Below, in pieces: positions 1 to 10,055 of a stretch of DNA of 64,000 nt (position 1 is its first letter; every line of letters starts with the position of its first letter). The notes beneath the pieces were generated by a model. It made no database searches, was not told where the DNA came from, and saw only the letters and a list, made by a program, of their open reading frames with translations. The stretch is from Syntrophorhabdaceae bacterium (GTDB lineage Bacteria; Desulfobacterota; Syntrophorhabdia; Syntrophorhabdales; Syntrophorhabdaceae), in NCBI GenBank assembly GCA_963666485.2, contig CAXXUO010000004.1:237195-301194 (forward strand), written 5' to 3'. A program made the translations under genes and the position numbers.

Positions 1-653
1 TGATCATCGAATACGAAACGGACATGGCTGCACTGAGGGAAGCTGTTCCCGAACCCCTCCAGATAGAAAGGCCGGCGGTCAAGTACGAGTTTATAAAAAT
101 GCCGGATTCGGACGGGTTCGGCTCCTACGCGGAATCTGGACAGGTCATTCCCGTGCGTTTTAACGGCGTCTCAGGCAATTACCTCCACTCCATGTACCTC
201 GACGACATATCCCCGATCGTGGGCGGCCGGGAGGTATGGGGTTTCCCGAAAAAATACGCCCATCCCGAGATGCGCGTCGACCGTGTCAACAAGGACTGTT
301 ATATCGGTATCCTGAAATATGGCGAACTGGAAGTGGCGAGGGCCACGATGGCATACAAATGGCGGCAGCTGGACAACGAACCTGTGCGCAGGGCGGTGGA
401 TGCCACGCCAAACTTCCTCCTCAAGGTCATCCCCGACGTTGACGGCGCACCGAAGATCTGCCAGCTCGTTCAGTATCCCCTGACGGATGTCACGATCAAG
501 GAAACGTGGACCGGACCCGCGTCCCTGCAGCTATTCGCTCACTGCCTGGCGCCCGTTGCCGACCTGCCGGTCAGGCGTATTGTTGGTGCGACGCACTTCA
601 TCGGCGACATGACGATCGGGCCGGGAAAGGTTGTCTACGATTACCTCGCCTAG
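1..653 (+). CDS. adc: Acetoacetate decarboxylase family protein (5' truncated by window edge)
   Basis: Frame is open from nt 3 (IIEYETDMAALREAVPEPL). It has the Adc-family motif GREVWGFPKK containing the Schiff-base Lys, and the typical C-terminus ..VVYDYL. Confidence 0.85.
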   Translation, partial: IIEYETDMAALREAVPEPLQIERPAVKYEFIKMPDSDGFGSYAESGQVIPVRFNGVSGNYLHSMYLDDISPIVGGREVWGFPKKYAHPEMRVDRVNKDCYIGILKYGELEVARATMAYKWRQLDNEPVRRAVDATPNFLLKVIPDVDGAPKICQLVQYPLTDVTIKETWTGPASLQLFAHCLAPVADLPVRRIVGATHFIGDMTIGPGKVVYDYLA

Positions 654-1579
654 TCTTTTTGCCTGTCCTTTTCGAGGAAGTGCAGCAAGGTCCCGGTCCT
701 GAGCTTCACCATCTTTTCCTTCATTTCAGGGGTCCAGTCATAGAACCCCCTGCCGGACTTGAGGCCAAGATCGCCTTTTTCCACGAGGTCCCGCATCAGT
801 TTCGAGGGCTCGGACGAATTGCACAGGACAGGGAACAGGTAGGTGGATATGATATGGAAGATGTCGAGGCCCCCCATGTCCGCACTTAAGAGCGGGCCGG
901 TGACGGGCAGCCGCCTTCCATGCCCGTACGTCATCGACCTGTCGACCTCTTCGATGTCCGCATACCCCTCTTCGACTATGTAGAGCGCCTCCCTCAGGAG
1001 CGCAAGCTGGAGCCTGTTGCCGATAAATCCCGGGCATTCCTTCTTGAGGCGGACAGGCTCTTTGCCGAGCGACCTCACCCATTCCACGGTCGCATCGACG
1101 ACCTCCCGGGACGTTCGCTCGCCCGGGACGACCTCGACGAGCGGGATGAGCTGGGGAGGGTTCCAAAAATGCGCGACGACGACCCTGTCCGGAAAGGCCA
1201 GGCCCTTCGCAATTTCCGTGGGGCTCAGGCCCGACGTGTTCGTCGCGAGGATGACCCCGGGAGGGCATGTGCCGTCGAGCTCTTTGAACACCTTTTTCTT
1301 GAATCCGAGGTCCTCGGGGAGGCATTCAACAACGATGCCGGCCGGCCTTGCCGCATCACTGATGGATGTCAGGCCTTCGATCCTTCCCAGGATAGCGCGG
1401 GATTCCCCGCCTGTTTTCCCTGAGGCAGCAAGGCTTGTCGCGATGGCCCCTTTTGCCCGTTCAAGGACCTCTTCCGAAACATCGCACAATATGACACGGG
1501 AACCGGCCCCGGCTGCCAGCTGGGCTATTCCATGCCCCATTGTCCCTGCCCCCAGTACAGCAACGGTCTCGATCTTCAT
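650..1579 (-). CDS. 3-hydroxyacyl-CoA (3-hydroxybutyryl-CoA) dehydrogenase family
   Basis: Rossmann motif GAGTMG, plus ATNTS, HFWNPPQLIPLVEV, PGFIGNR and GLKSGRGFY; SD GGAGG upstream. Confidence 0.9.
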   Translation of the reverse strand: MKIETVAVLGAGTMGHGIAQLAAGAGSRVILCDVSEEVLERAKGAIATSLAASGKTGGESRAILGRIEGLTSISDAARPAGIVVECLPEDLGFKKKVFKELDGTCPPGVILATNTSGLSPTEIAKGLAFPDRVVVAHFWNPPQLIPLVEVVPGERTSREVVDATVEWVRSLGKEPVRLKKECPGFIGNRLQLALLREALYIVEEGYADIEEVDRSMTYGHGRRLPVTGPLLSADMGGLDIFHIISTYLFPVLCNSSEPSKLMRDLVEKGDLGLKSGRGFYDWTPEMKEKMVKLRTGTLLHFLEKDRQKD

Positions 1580-1606
1580 ATATCCCTCCTGCCCTGCATG
1601 GCTTAT

Positions 1607-2761
1607 TTATTCCATCGAAATGCCGAACTCGTATGCTTCGAGCAGCGCGCCCTTCAACAGCTCCCGCGTGACCTCAAACGGTTCGTAGTGGATAAAGAAC
1701 ACGTTCAGGCTCGTGTCGACTATGTCTTCAAGCCCGGTGCTGCGGACGTGCGGGTCAAAACCCAGCTGCCTGAGGCTGAGCGGCAGGCCGACATTGCGGA
1801 AGAACCGCGCAGCGTCTGCGGCCTCGTCCATTCTCTTTTCCATGATGAGCTGTGCCATGACGCCTATCGCCACCAGTTCCCCGTGCAGACAGTTGTGATG
1901 CAGTTCAGGTACGGCCGTCAGCCCCTGCGCCACACCGTGGGCCCCTGCCAGGCCGCCGCTTTCGAATCCCAACCCGCTCAGAAGGATATTGGCCTCCACG
2001 ATGCGCGCGACATGCTCGCCGGCACTGCCGCCCCGGATCTCGTCGAGCGCGGCGGTACCGTGTTCGACAAGGGCATCGCGGCACTGACGGGCGATCGCGA
2101 GGGCGGCCATCGTAGGCCGTGCCCCGCGGGCTGTCAGCGCCTGCGGGTTTTCCATGCAGCAGCGTGCTTCATAAAAGGTCGAGAAAGCGTCGCCCATCCC
2201 GGCTATGATATATCGGGCGGGCGCAGCGCTGAGCACATCGAGATCGGCAATGACCATCAGCGGATTCGTTGCATGGAACTCGATGCCGGCAAAGGTGCCC
2301 CCTGCGTCATAGATCACCGAGTGGGCGGCTGTCGGGGCATCTGTCGATGCGGTGGTAGGCACGGTGACGACCGGGACAGAGAGTCTTGCGGCGGCCATTC
2401 TCGCCGTATCCAGGCATTTGCCCCCGCCAACACCGATAAGAACATGAATGTCGGACGCCGAACCGCCAAAGGACCGGACCACCCTTTCGACCTCGTCGAG
2501 CGTTGACTCGCCCTCAAAGATGGTCTTTTTGACACGGAAGCCGGCCGCCGTCAGGCTTGCGGCAATAATATCACCCAGGGAGCGGTCGCGGCCCGGGGTG
2601 ATCAATACTCCTGCCGTTCCGGATGCACACAGCGACAGGTACCGGCCAAGGCGTTCGATAACGCCCCGTCCCTGTATATATTGGGATGGCGATATAAACA
2701 GCTGAACGGGCATCCCCATGTCGGGAGAGGCCCGATACACCGCGTTGGGATCTGCAGCCAT
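1607..2761 (-). CDS. gldA: Glycerol dehydrogenase family (GldA-like metal-dependent alcohol dehydrogenase)
   Basis: SPSQYIQGRG, GGGKCLDTA and PTTASTDAP motifs; metal ligands in GDA, GAHG and LHGE; strong SD CAGGAGG. Confidence 0.85.
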   Translation of the reverse strand: MAADPNAVYRASPDMGMPVQLFISPSQYIQGRGVIERLGRYLSLCASGTAGVLITPGRDRSLGDIIAASLTAAGFRVKKTIFEGESTLDEVERVVRSFGGSASDIHVLIGVGGGKCLDTARMAAARLSVPVVTVPTTASTDAPTAAHSVIYDAGGTFAGIEFHATNPLMVIADLDVLSAAPARYIIAGMGDAFSTFYEARCCMENPQALTARGARPTMAALAIARQCRDALVEHGTAALDEIRGGSAGEHVARIVEANILLSGLGFESGGLAGAHGVAQGLTAVPELHHNCLHGELVAIGVMAQLIMEKRMDEAADAARFFRNVGLPLSLRQLGFDPHVRSTGLEDIVDTSLNVFFIHYEPFEVTRELLKGALLEAYEFGISME

Positions 2762-2833
2762 GCATTACCTCCTGCCGGGACCGGCGTACAGCGAGAGATT
2801 CGCGCCGGTATACCCGGCACACGTCGAGCCTCT

Positions 2834-2862
2834 ATAATATCACTGTCCCTATTTTGAAACAA
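2834..2862 (-). promoter_or_regulatory. Putative sigma70 promoter of gldA-hbd
   Basis: Minus strand TTGTTT-17 nt-TATTAT with a TGn extension. Confidence 0.45.
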
Positions 2863-2983
2863 TGTATACACCTTTTGACCAATTTCCGTTGCCAGGCTGC
2901 ACCACACCGACAAATAAAGCTTTAATTATCCCGATATTATGCGATAAAATGCTGGAGGCAGTCCTTCGGGACCATAAAAACCC

Positions 2984-5254
2984 ATGACAATAAACCAATA
3001 CCCGGGCCCCACCAATGATGGAGCGGTCTGGCAGGCGCTTATGAATGCCACTCATGAGAGCCTTGTCCTGATCGACAGCACAGGGACCGTTCTCATGTCG
3101 AACGAGACGGGCGCCCGCAGGCTTGGCCTTACCGTGGAAGAAATGGTCGGGACATGCCTTTACGATCACTTCCCGCCGGATGTCGCCGCGACGAGAAAGA
3201 GAGAGTGGGACAAGGTCTTTTCCACGGGAAAACCCGTTCACTTCCAGGATGCGCGAAACGAAAGGCACTTCGAGCTTTTCTGCTACCCGGTACTGACGAA
3301 CGGCACGGTCGTATCCCAGGCTGCTATTTTCGCGCGTGATATAACAGACAGCAAAAATGCCGGGGAACAGCTTCGAAAAGAACGCGAAACCTTTTTTTCG
3401 ACCCTGGAAAAAGCACCCTACGGGATATTCGCGAACGACCAGGAAGGCAATTTCACGGTCATAAATCCCGAAGCCACCAATATCACGGGGTATACCCGCG
3501 AAGACACGCCGACGGGTTCCGACTGGTTTGCGAAGGCATACCCGAACAGGAACTACAGGAAGAACGTGATCGATACGTGGAAACATGACGTCACCACCCG
3601 GGGTATTGACAGGACATTTTTCGTCCATTGCAAAGACAGGTCCGTCAAGGAGGTCGAGTTTCGCGCCGCGAAGCTGGCCGACGGCACATCGATCACCATG
3701 TTCTCGGACACAACCGAAAAGAACAGGGCAAAAAGGCAGCTTGCGAAGAGCGAGGAAAAATACCGCGGTATTTTCGAAAATGCGATAATGGGCATCTTTC
3801 AAACGACGCCTGACGGGAGATACCTGAGCATAAACCCTGCCGGCGCCAGGATGTATGGATACGATTCAGCGAAGGAGATGATCGCTACAGTCACGGACCT
3901 TGCCCGCCAACTGTATGTTGACCCGCACGAAAGAAAGCTGTTGATGGAACTCGTCGGGAAAAACGATATCGTCGAAGGCTTCGAGGCCGAGCATTACCGC
4001 AAGGACGGCAGCAAGATATGGACCTCGATCAACATCCGCGCCCACAGGAACCGGCAGGGAAAGATACTGAGATTCGATACGACGATCGAGGACATCACAG
4101 AACGAAAACGGCTCGAATCCCGGCTTATACAGGCAGAGAAGATGCAGGCCCTGGGCACGCTCTCGGGCGGGATCGCACACGACTTCAATAACATACTCAC
4201 CGTTCTGCAAGGGTACGGTTCGCTCCTTCAGCGAAACATGGACAGATCGGACCCTCTCATCATGTACGTCGACCAGATACTTTCCGCATCCCAGAAGGCG
4301 GCAAGCCTGACCCAGAGCCTGCTCGCCTTCAGCCGGCAGCAGCCCATCACCCTAAACCCCATAAACATCGTTGAAGCTATCCAGAAGACGGAGCATTTAC
4401 TGAAAAGGCTCGTCACGGACGATGTCGAGCTGAAGACGACCTATCCCGGGGAAGAGATCGTTGTACGGGCAGACCCGACCCAGATAGACCAGATACTGTT
4501 CAACCTGGCGGCGAATGCCCGGGATGCAATGAAAAACGGCGGGACACTGGCGATCGCAATAACCGCCATCGACGCGGATGCCGAATTCGCCAGGGCCCAG
4601 GGGTTCGGCGAACCCGGGATGTACGCCCTCATTTCGATATCCGACACGGGCTGCGGAATGGATGAAACGACCCGGGCAAAGATCTTCGAGCCGTTCTTTA
4701 CGACGAAAGAGGTCGGCAAGGGGACGGGGCTCGGCCTGTCAACCGTCTACGGGATCGTCAAACAGCATGACGGCCATATAACGCTCACAAGCGAGCCGGG
4801 CCGGGGCACGACGTTCAATCTCTATCTTCCGGCCGTGAAGACACATGCTGCCCATACCCGTGAGGAGCCCGCCATGCCGGACCTGACAGGTTCCGAGACG
4901 GTCCTCGTCGCCGAGGACAACGAGGATGTGAGAGGACTGATAACCAGCATCCTGACCGAGCACGGATACGGGGTGATCGAGGCGCAGGACGGTACGGAGG
5001 CCATCGAGAAATTCAAGCAGAACCCCGGGATATCCCTTCTCATCCTCGATTCAGTCATGCCAAAGAAGAATGGAAGGGAAGTATACGAGAAGATAGACGG
5101 GTTAGCACCCGGGATCAAGGTGATCTTCACCAGCGGGTACACAAAAGATATCGTCCTGGACAAGGGAATACGGGGCCGCGATCTCGAGTTCGTTGCCAAA
5201 CCCTTAAAGCCCGTGGACCTGCTCCAGAAGATACGCGAAGTGCTCGACCGGTAA
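2984..5254 (+). CDS. Hybrid sensor histidine kinase (3 PAS + HisKA + HATPase + receiver)
   Basis: H-box GIAHDFNN, N-box [10 protein letters not shown]1 DTGCG, F/G2 [15 protein letters not shown]-terminal receiver ([17 protein letters not shown]). Confidence 0.95.
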   Translation: MTINQYPGPTNDGAVWQALMNATHESLVLIDSTGTVLMSNETGARRLGLTVEEMVGTCLYDHFPPDVAATRKREWDKVFSTGKPVHFQDARNERHFELFCYPVLTNGTVVSQAAIFARDITDSKNAGEQLRKERETFFSTLEKAPYGIFANDQEGNFTVINPEATNITGYTREDTPTGSDWFAKAYPNRNYRKNVIDTWKHDVTTRGIDRTFFVHCKDRSVKEVEFRAAKLADGTSITMFSDTTEKNRAKRQLAKSEEKYRGIFENAIMGIFQTTPDGRYLSINPAGARMYGYDSAKEMIATVTDLARQLYVDPHERKLLMELVGKNDIVEGFEAEHYRKDGSKIWTSINIRAHRNRQGKILRFDTTIEDITERKRLESRLIQAEKMQALGTLSGGIAHDFNNILTVLQGYGSLLQRNMDRSDPLIMYVDQILSASQKAASLTQSLLAFSRQQPITLNPINIVEAIQKTEHLLKRLVTDDVELKTTYPGEEIVVRADPTQIDQILFNLAANARDAMKNGGTLAIAITAIDADAEFARAQGFGEPGMYALISISDTGCGMDETTRAKIFEPFFTTKEVGKGTGLGLSTVYGIVKQHDGHITLTSEPGRGTTFNLYLPAVKTHAAHTREEPAMPDLTGSETVLVAEDNEDVRGLITSILTEHGYGVIEAQDGTEAIEKFKQNPGISLLILDSVMPKKNGREVYEKIDGLAPGIKVIFTSGYTKDIVLDKGIRGRDLEFVAKPLKPVDLLQKIREVLDR

Positions 5255-5261
5255 CACATTC

Positions 5262-5614
5262 AAAAAACTCTCTCTCGCCCGTTCGTCGCTTGCGCTCCTC
5301 TCTAGAGTTCACAGAGCTCGCGGAGAAAGGCGGAGGCCGCGGGAGCCCGGAGCCTTACCATTGCCACCCGCCAATAGCAAGCTCGGAGGCGGGTACCCGG
5401 CTATCAGGGCGGCATCTTCGATCCTGCCTTTCGGCAGGATGGACCGCTTGGAGTATTAATTTCCTTGTATTGTTTATTTCTTTTCCTCGGCGAAGCCGAC
5501 GAAAGTGCCGGCTGGTCGTGGTCGGCTCCGCGACCAGCCGGCAAAGTCTTTCCCCTTCGCAGTTCTCTGTGTTCTCTGTGAGCTCGAGCGAAGCGGGCGA
5601 GAGAGTGTTTTTTT
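5262..5614. repeat. Element of about 350 bp bounded by imperfect terminal inverted repeats, with several internal hairpins (MITE-like or structured RNA)
   Basis: Left end AAAAACTCTCTCTCGCCCG..GAGTTCACAGAG versus right end CTCTGTGAGCTC..CGGGCGAGAGAGTGTTTTT. Internal stems at 5366-5394, 5421-5440, 5487-5499 and 5506-5543. Confidence 0.6.
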
Positions 5615-5655
5615 CCTCTTATCTATCTTTCACAAAGACGCATGGACGGCGGGCT

Positions 5656-6153
5656 TTATTCGTCTTCCCGGTCCGATTCGGCTCTTTCCAGGTAATCGAC
5701 AAGGACCCCCGTTGTCTGGCGCAGCCTCTGGCTCATGGAGAATGCGATCTTCTGAAGGATCTTTATCCCTATCGCGGGCTTTTCCTTAAAAAGCCTGGTC
5801 ATGCTCTCCTTCGTAAGCGTGACGAGCGTCGTGTCGATCACTGCGACGGCGGTCGCTGAACGCGGGCAATTGTCGATCATCGACATCTCCCCGATCATTT
5901 TTCCCCGCCCTATCTGGGCCACGCGCCTGTCCGTCATGTGCTCGTCCTTCTTGAGTATGTTGACGCCGCCCTTGACGACGATGCACATAAAGACCTCGCG
6001 GTCGCCTTCCTTGAACACGGTCGCGCCTGTCCTTAACCTCATGGTCCCCATATACTGGGACAGTTCCATAAGCTCGGTCCAGGTGAACTCCATGCTGAGC
6101 GACGTGTCCTCAAGTAGTTCCGCCCGTTCTGAGATGGCACTTCCAATTTGCAT
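5656..6153 (-). CDS. Stand-alone cyclic nucleotide-binding domain protein
   Basis: VFKEGD..IVVKGGV..GEMSMIDNCPRSATA phosphate-binding cassette; no HTH. Confidence 0.9.
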   Translation of the reverse strand: MQIGSAISERAELLEDTSLSMEFTWTELMELSQYMGTMRLRTGATVFKEGDREVFMCIVVKGGVNILKKDEHMTDRRVAQIGRGKMIGEMSMIDNCPRSATAVAVIDTTLVTLTKESMTRLFKEKPAIGIKILQKIAFSMSQRLRQTTGVLVDYLERAESDREDE

Positions 6154-6256
6154 ACAGTCCTGTCCTTACATCGTTTTATCGGCACTTTTCTCCTGACATA
6201 AAGAAGAAATAGTAACCCAAAGAATTAAGGGACAGACCGCGACCCGCGGAAGAGAC

Positions 6257-6925
6257 CTACTTGTGGTGCTGGCGGTTTGCTATGTGCAGGCCGACAAGCC
6301 GGGCAACAAAGATGGCCATGTAAAGCTGCCCGACAAGCGCCTGCAGCATGGAAAATACGCGCACAGGATAGGACCTGGGCAGGATATCGCCAAAACCGAC
6401 GGTTGTCATCGTGACGATGCTGTAATAGAGAAAATCCGCCTGGTGCCCCTCACCCGTGGTGAACACGAAGGAATGTGGGTCCATGACCCAAAAAAAATAG
6501 TAGACCAGCTGCCACCAGTTCGCCATCAGGATATACACAGAAATGCCGCCCTTTATAGTGTCGCCGGTGACCGTCCTTTCCGAAAAAATGCGTCTGATCA
6601 TAAAAATGACGATGACCCCGATCATAAGCAAATAAACGGTCATGGCAACGATACCGAGGAGCCGGCTGTTCAGCTCAAAGAGCGCGAGATAATGACACAG
6701 AAGCGCCAGGAATGCGCCTGCCATGTATGCGATCAACAAATAACGGGGTGCGTTGAGGATCCTGAGCATGATCAGATAGACGACCAGGGACACAAACGAC
6801 GCCGATATCGAATAGATCATGAAATTTTGGATGCTCACTATCGACAGGAGCAAGAGCGATACGAGGAAGAACAGGAGCAGGGAGTATTTGTTCTCGATTA
6901 TTCGTTCAACACGTTCCCTGTCCAA
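6257..6925 (-). CDS. Potassium channel family protein (Ion_trans_2 pore)
   Basis: Multiple TM helices; pore helix and filter LYYSIVTMTTVGFGDILP. Confidence 0.9.
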   Translation of the reverse strand: MDRERVERIIENKYSLLLFFLVSLLLLSIVSIQNFMIYSISASFVSLVVYLIMLRILNAPRYLLIAYMAGAFLALLCHYLALFELNSRLLGIVAMTVYLLMIGVIVIFMIRRIFSERTVTGDTIKGGISVYILMANWWQLVYYFFWVMDPHSFVFTTGEGHQADFLYYSIVTMTTVGFGDILPRSYPVRVFSMLQALVGQLYMAIFVARLVGLHIANRQHHK

Positions 6926-7064
6926 TCATGCCTCCCGGGGTATTCCGCGCCTCAGGCCTCCGGGCGGTAATTATGTTCCGGATGATCTTTTATTGTGCCG
7001 AAGATTAAGGCAATTTACAAGAGAGAAAAGAAAAAGTGCGGCCCTCTGCAAGGCCGGGAAACCC

Positions 7065-7757
7065 TTATTTGGAAACTGGCGGCATCCGTTTTTTGTGCAG
7101 GCGTTTACGTTCCCCGGGCTTTACGGGCCTCATGTCCAGCTTTTCCCTTTCGGCCCGGGAACAATCAGGGCAAAGGCCATGGCTGAATACCGCTTCACTA
7201 TGTTTGCTGAGATACACTTCCAGCTGGTCCCAATACCCCTTGTCATCCCGTATCCTTTTACACCATGCACATATAGGGATAAGTCCTCTCAAGGTCTTGA
7301 TCTCATCCATCGCGCGCTTGAGTTCCTCGATGATAACGGCCTGATCCTTCTGCGTCTGGATCAACCTTTCCTCGGTTCGTTTTATACGCTCCATCGCCTG
7401 TATGCGGGCAAGGAACTCCTTTCTCGACAACGGCTTGATCAGGTAGCCGTCCGCGCCGACGGACAACCCCTCCGCCTGGTTGTCCGGCGACACCTGGATC
7501 CCCGACATGAGGATCACAAAAGGACCCTGAATCTCCGAGTCAGTTTTAATTATCCTGCAAACCTCGATGCCCGTCATATCGGGCAGAACAACGTCGAGAA
7601 GAACGAGGTCGGGATGGTACTGCCGCACTTTCTCCAGACATTCCTTCCCGGTAGCCGCCTCGTAAACGTCGTACCCTGCGTTGCGCAAAGCGGTCGAATT
7701 TATTTCGAGTATATCAGGATCGTCATCGGTAACGAGTATCTTGAATTTATCGTTCAC
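7065..7757 (-). CDS. Response regulator with C-terminal CxxC..HxxCxxC domain
   Basis: Receiver ILVTDDD..LLDVVLPDMTG..KP; coiled linker; tail PICAWCKRIRDDKGYW..SHGLCPDC. Start inferred at GTG 7757 (ORF track extends to 7829). Confidence 0.88.
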   Translation of the reverse strand: MNDKFKILVTDDDPDILEINSTALRNAGYDVYEAATGKECLEKVRQYHPDLVLLDVVLPDMTGIEVCRIIKTDSEIQGPFVILMSGIQVSPDNQAEGLSVGADGYLIKPLSRKEFLARIQAMERIKRTEERLIQTQKDQAVIIEELKRAMDEIKTLRGLIPICAWCKRIRDDKGYWDQLEVYLSKHSEAVFSHGLCPDCSRAEREKLDMRPVKPGERKRLHKKRMPPVSK

Positions 7758-7866
7758 GGATAGAGAGGCCCTCGTAATCGCACGAATAGCATGTCTTAAA
7801 TATTTTAACGTGATTTGCGGGAAATTCAAGACAGGCCACCTGTAAGCCCTTGCATTAAGACGTATA

Positions 7867-7905
7867 TTTGATATTTACTTTTTTCAACCTTTGATATTTA
7901 CTTTT
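7867..7905. repeat. 16-bp direct repeat TTTGATATTTACTTTT x2 in a divergent promoter region
   Basis: Identical copies at 7867-7882 and 7890-7905. Confidence 0.7.
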
Positions 7906-7928
7906 ACATTTTCAGTACGGAGGTAGTC

Positions 7929-8444
7929 ATGAACATCGGCATTCTCGAGCATATGGAGGCCCCCGAGCTCCGCGAATATTTACGGTTCCTCCTGTGGCAT
8001 TACCGTGTGGTCGACGGCTTCTGGTTCCTGTGTGTCGAGGAAAATTACGGCCGGAAAGTGGCGGAACATTTCGATGAGGTCGTCTGGGGCAAGATAGCCG
8101 GAATGTCGGCCAAAGACCTCGTCAAGAGATTCAACATCCAAGAGAAAGGGCTTAAAGGGCTGGTCAAGGCCTTCCAGTACCTCCCCTGGACAATGATCGT
8201 CGGATACCACGTCAGCGAACAGGGAGAGGACGAGGTGCTCGTCACCGTGCCCGAGTGCCCGACCCAGGTGGCGCGCGTGAAGCACGGCCTGCCGGAATTT
8301 CACTGCCAGGACATGCACCAGACGGAATTCGAATCTTTCGCCCACGCCATCGATCCCGACATACGGGTGGAATGCCTCCTCGCCCCGCCCGACCACCCGC
8401 CCGACCTTTTCTGCAAGTGGCGGTTTACGATGAAGAACGGCTGA
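7929..8444 (+). CDS. DUF6125-like protein (Cys-containing, V4R-like)
   Basis: VDGFWF..YG, CPTQ, FHC, VECLLAPPD and CKWRF pattern; SD GGAGG. Confidence 0.7.
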   Translation: MNIGILEHMEAPELREYLRFLLWHYRVVDGFWFLCVEENYGRKVAEHFDEVVWGKIAGMSAKDLVKRFNIQEKGLKGLVKAFQYLPWTMIVGYHVSEQGEDEVLVTVPECPTQVARVKHGLPEFHCQDMHQTEFESFAHAIDPDIRVECLLAPPDHPPDLFCKWRFTMKNG

Positions 8445-8454
8445 CCCTGGTGAT

Positions 8455-9966
8455 ATGACGAGATCTCTGCCCATCCTTTTCCTGTTCCTGGCCTTCCATG
8501 CGTCCGCATTGGCCCAGCCGGCACGTTTCGACACCCTCGCCGGCATGTCCGCGAAAGAGGCGCCCGCCCGGGAAACCGCACAGATGCTGCGCGATGAACT
8601 TCTTTTCCAGCGTGCGACGCAGGTCTATCTCTGGGCGATGCCGCTCATCAATACCCTTGGGATGAAGAACGGTTCCGAGAAGGCCTTCGGGGCCGGTTAC
8701 AACGTCCTGCCCGTCTGGAAAAAAAGGCTCGATGCCAGGACCCTCATCACCACCCCCAATTCCGATCTTATCTACGCCCTTAGCTACCTTGATCCCGGCA
8801 GGGACGGTCCCCTCGTATTCGAGGCCCCGCCGGGCCTGCAGGGGGTCCTTCTCGACATATGGCAGCGCCCGATCCCCTGTGACGGGGGCGTGTTCTTCGG
8901 CGATATCGGGCGTGTCGGCCCCGACGCGGGAAGAGGCGGCAAATTCCTGCTGCTGCCGCCGGGGTATGCAGGGGCGGTCCCGGAAGGTTATTACGTCTAC
9001 AGGCCGCAGACCAACAATGTCTTCGTCTTCCTCCGCCTGTTCTACGAAGACCCGGGAAACCTTGCGCCGGCCGCCGCCCTGGTCGAAAAAACACGGATAT
9101 ACCCCCTGGGCGCCGGGGAAAAGGCAAAACCGATGGTGTTCCCCGATGCGTCGGGTGTTCCGGTCAACATGCTGCCCCGCAGTGACGGTGCCGTTTTCGA
9201 TGATCTCAAGAAGCTCGTGGACACCGAGGTCGCAAATATCGCCGATCCCGACTGGCTCGGCATGCTCGCCGCCATAGGCATTGTCAAAGGCGTGCCCTTT
9301 GACCCTGATGCACGGACCCGGGCCATCCTCGACCGCGCGGCAAGGACCGGGTACAGGATGAGCCGTGTCATCGGGTTTGACAGGATCGTCACGGGCCGGT
9401 CATTACGGGTATACCCGGACCGCCGCTGGGTAAATCCCATGGCGGACGCGTCACCCGGGAAACCCTACGGCGCCTTCACCGGGCTTGGCGGGATTAGGGA
9501 CGGGGGATACCTCGACCACGATATGCGCATATGGTATTTTACGAACTATTTCTCGGTGAGCCCCGGAATGGTCTCCCAGGTCCCGGGAACCGGTGCCCGG
9601 TATATGATAAGCCTCACGGACGCCGATGGGGCGCCCCTTTCCGGCAGCGCCGGTTATTCACTGACTCTGCCGCGCGACATTCCTGCCGCCCACTTCTGGT
9701 CGGTCACCCTTTACGATGCCGGGAGCGGTTCCGGCCTTGCGAACGGCCAGCCCTTCCCTTCCCTCGGGTCCCGCGACCGCCCCTTGCGCAACGCCGACGG
9801 CAGCACCGACCTCTACCTCGCTCCGAAGCCGCCTGACGGCAAGAAATCAAACTGGCTCGCCACCGTGCCCGGGAAAAACTACTTCGTCGTCCTGCGCCTC
9901 TACGGACCGACCGAAGCCGCCATCAACAAAACCTGGAAACCCGGCGATATAAAATTAATAAAGTAA
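8455..9966 (+). CDS. Exported DUF1254/DUF1214 domain protein
   Basis: Signal peptide; QVYLWAMP, TPNSDLIY, GPDAGRGGKFLLLPPGY, FWSVTLYD and LRLYGP motifs. Confidence 0.9.
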   Translation: MTRSLPILFLFLAFHASALAQPARFDTLAGMSAKEAPARETAQMLRDELLFQRATQVYLWAMPLINTLGMKNGSEKAFGAGYNVLPVWKKRLDARTLITTPNSDLIYALSYLDPGRDGPLVFEAPPGLQGVLLDIWQRPIPCDGGVFFGDIGRVGPDAGRGGKFLLLPPGYAGAVPEGYYVYRPQTNNVFVFLRLFYEDPGNLAPAAALVEKTRIYPLGAGEKAKPMVFPDASGVPVNMLPRSDGAVFDDLKKLVDTEVANIADPDWLGMLAAIGIVKGVPFDPDARTRAILDRAARTGYRMSRVIGFDRIVTGRSLRVYPDRRWVNPMADASPGKPYGAFTGLGGIRDGGYLDHDMRIWYFTNYFSVSPGMVSQVPGTGARYMISLTDADGAPLSGSAGYSLTLPRDIPAAHFWSVTLYDAGSGSGLANGQPFPSLGSRDRPLRNADGSTDLYLAPKPPDGKKSNWLATVPGKNYFVVLRLYGPTEAAINKTWKPGDIKLIK

Positions 9967-9987
9967 AAACGTGGATGTACCGTTTCT

Positions 9988-10050
9988 TACGCCTTTAGCC
10001 TTTAGCCTTTCGCCTTTCGCCGTCAGCCGTACGCCGTACGCCGTACGCCG
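9988..10050. repeat. Heptamer tandem array, 9 units of the TNNGCC(T/G) family, single arm
   Basis: TACGCCT TTAGCCT TTAGCCT TTCGCCT TTCGCCG TCAGCCG TACGCCG x3. Confidence 0.9.
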
Positions 10051-10055
10051 TTCTT

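Noticed and set aside
5290..5859. 189-aa ORF across the structured element
   Set aside because: Non-ATG start, no SD, no recognisable motif, and it overlaps the cNMP-binding gene antisense.
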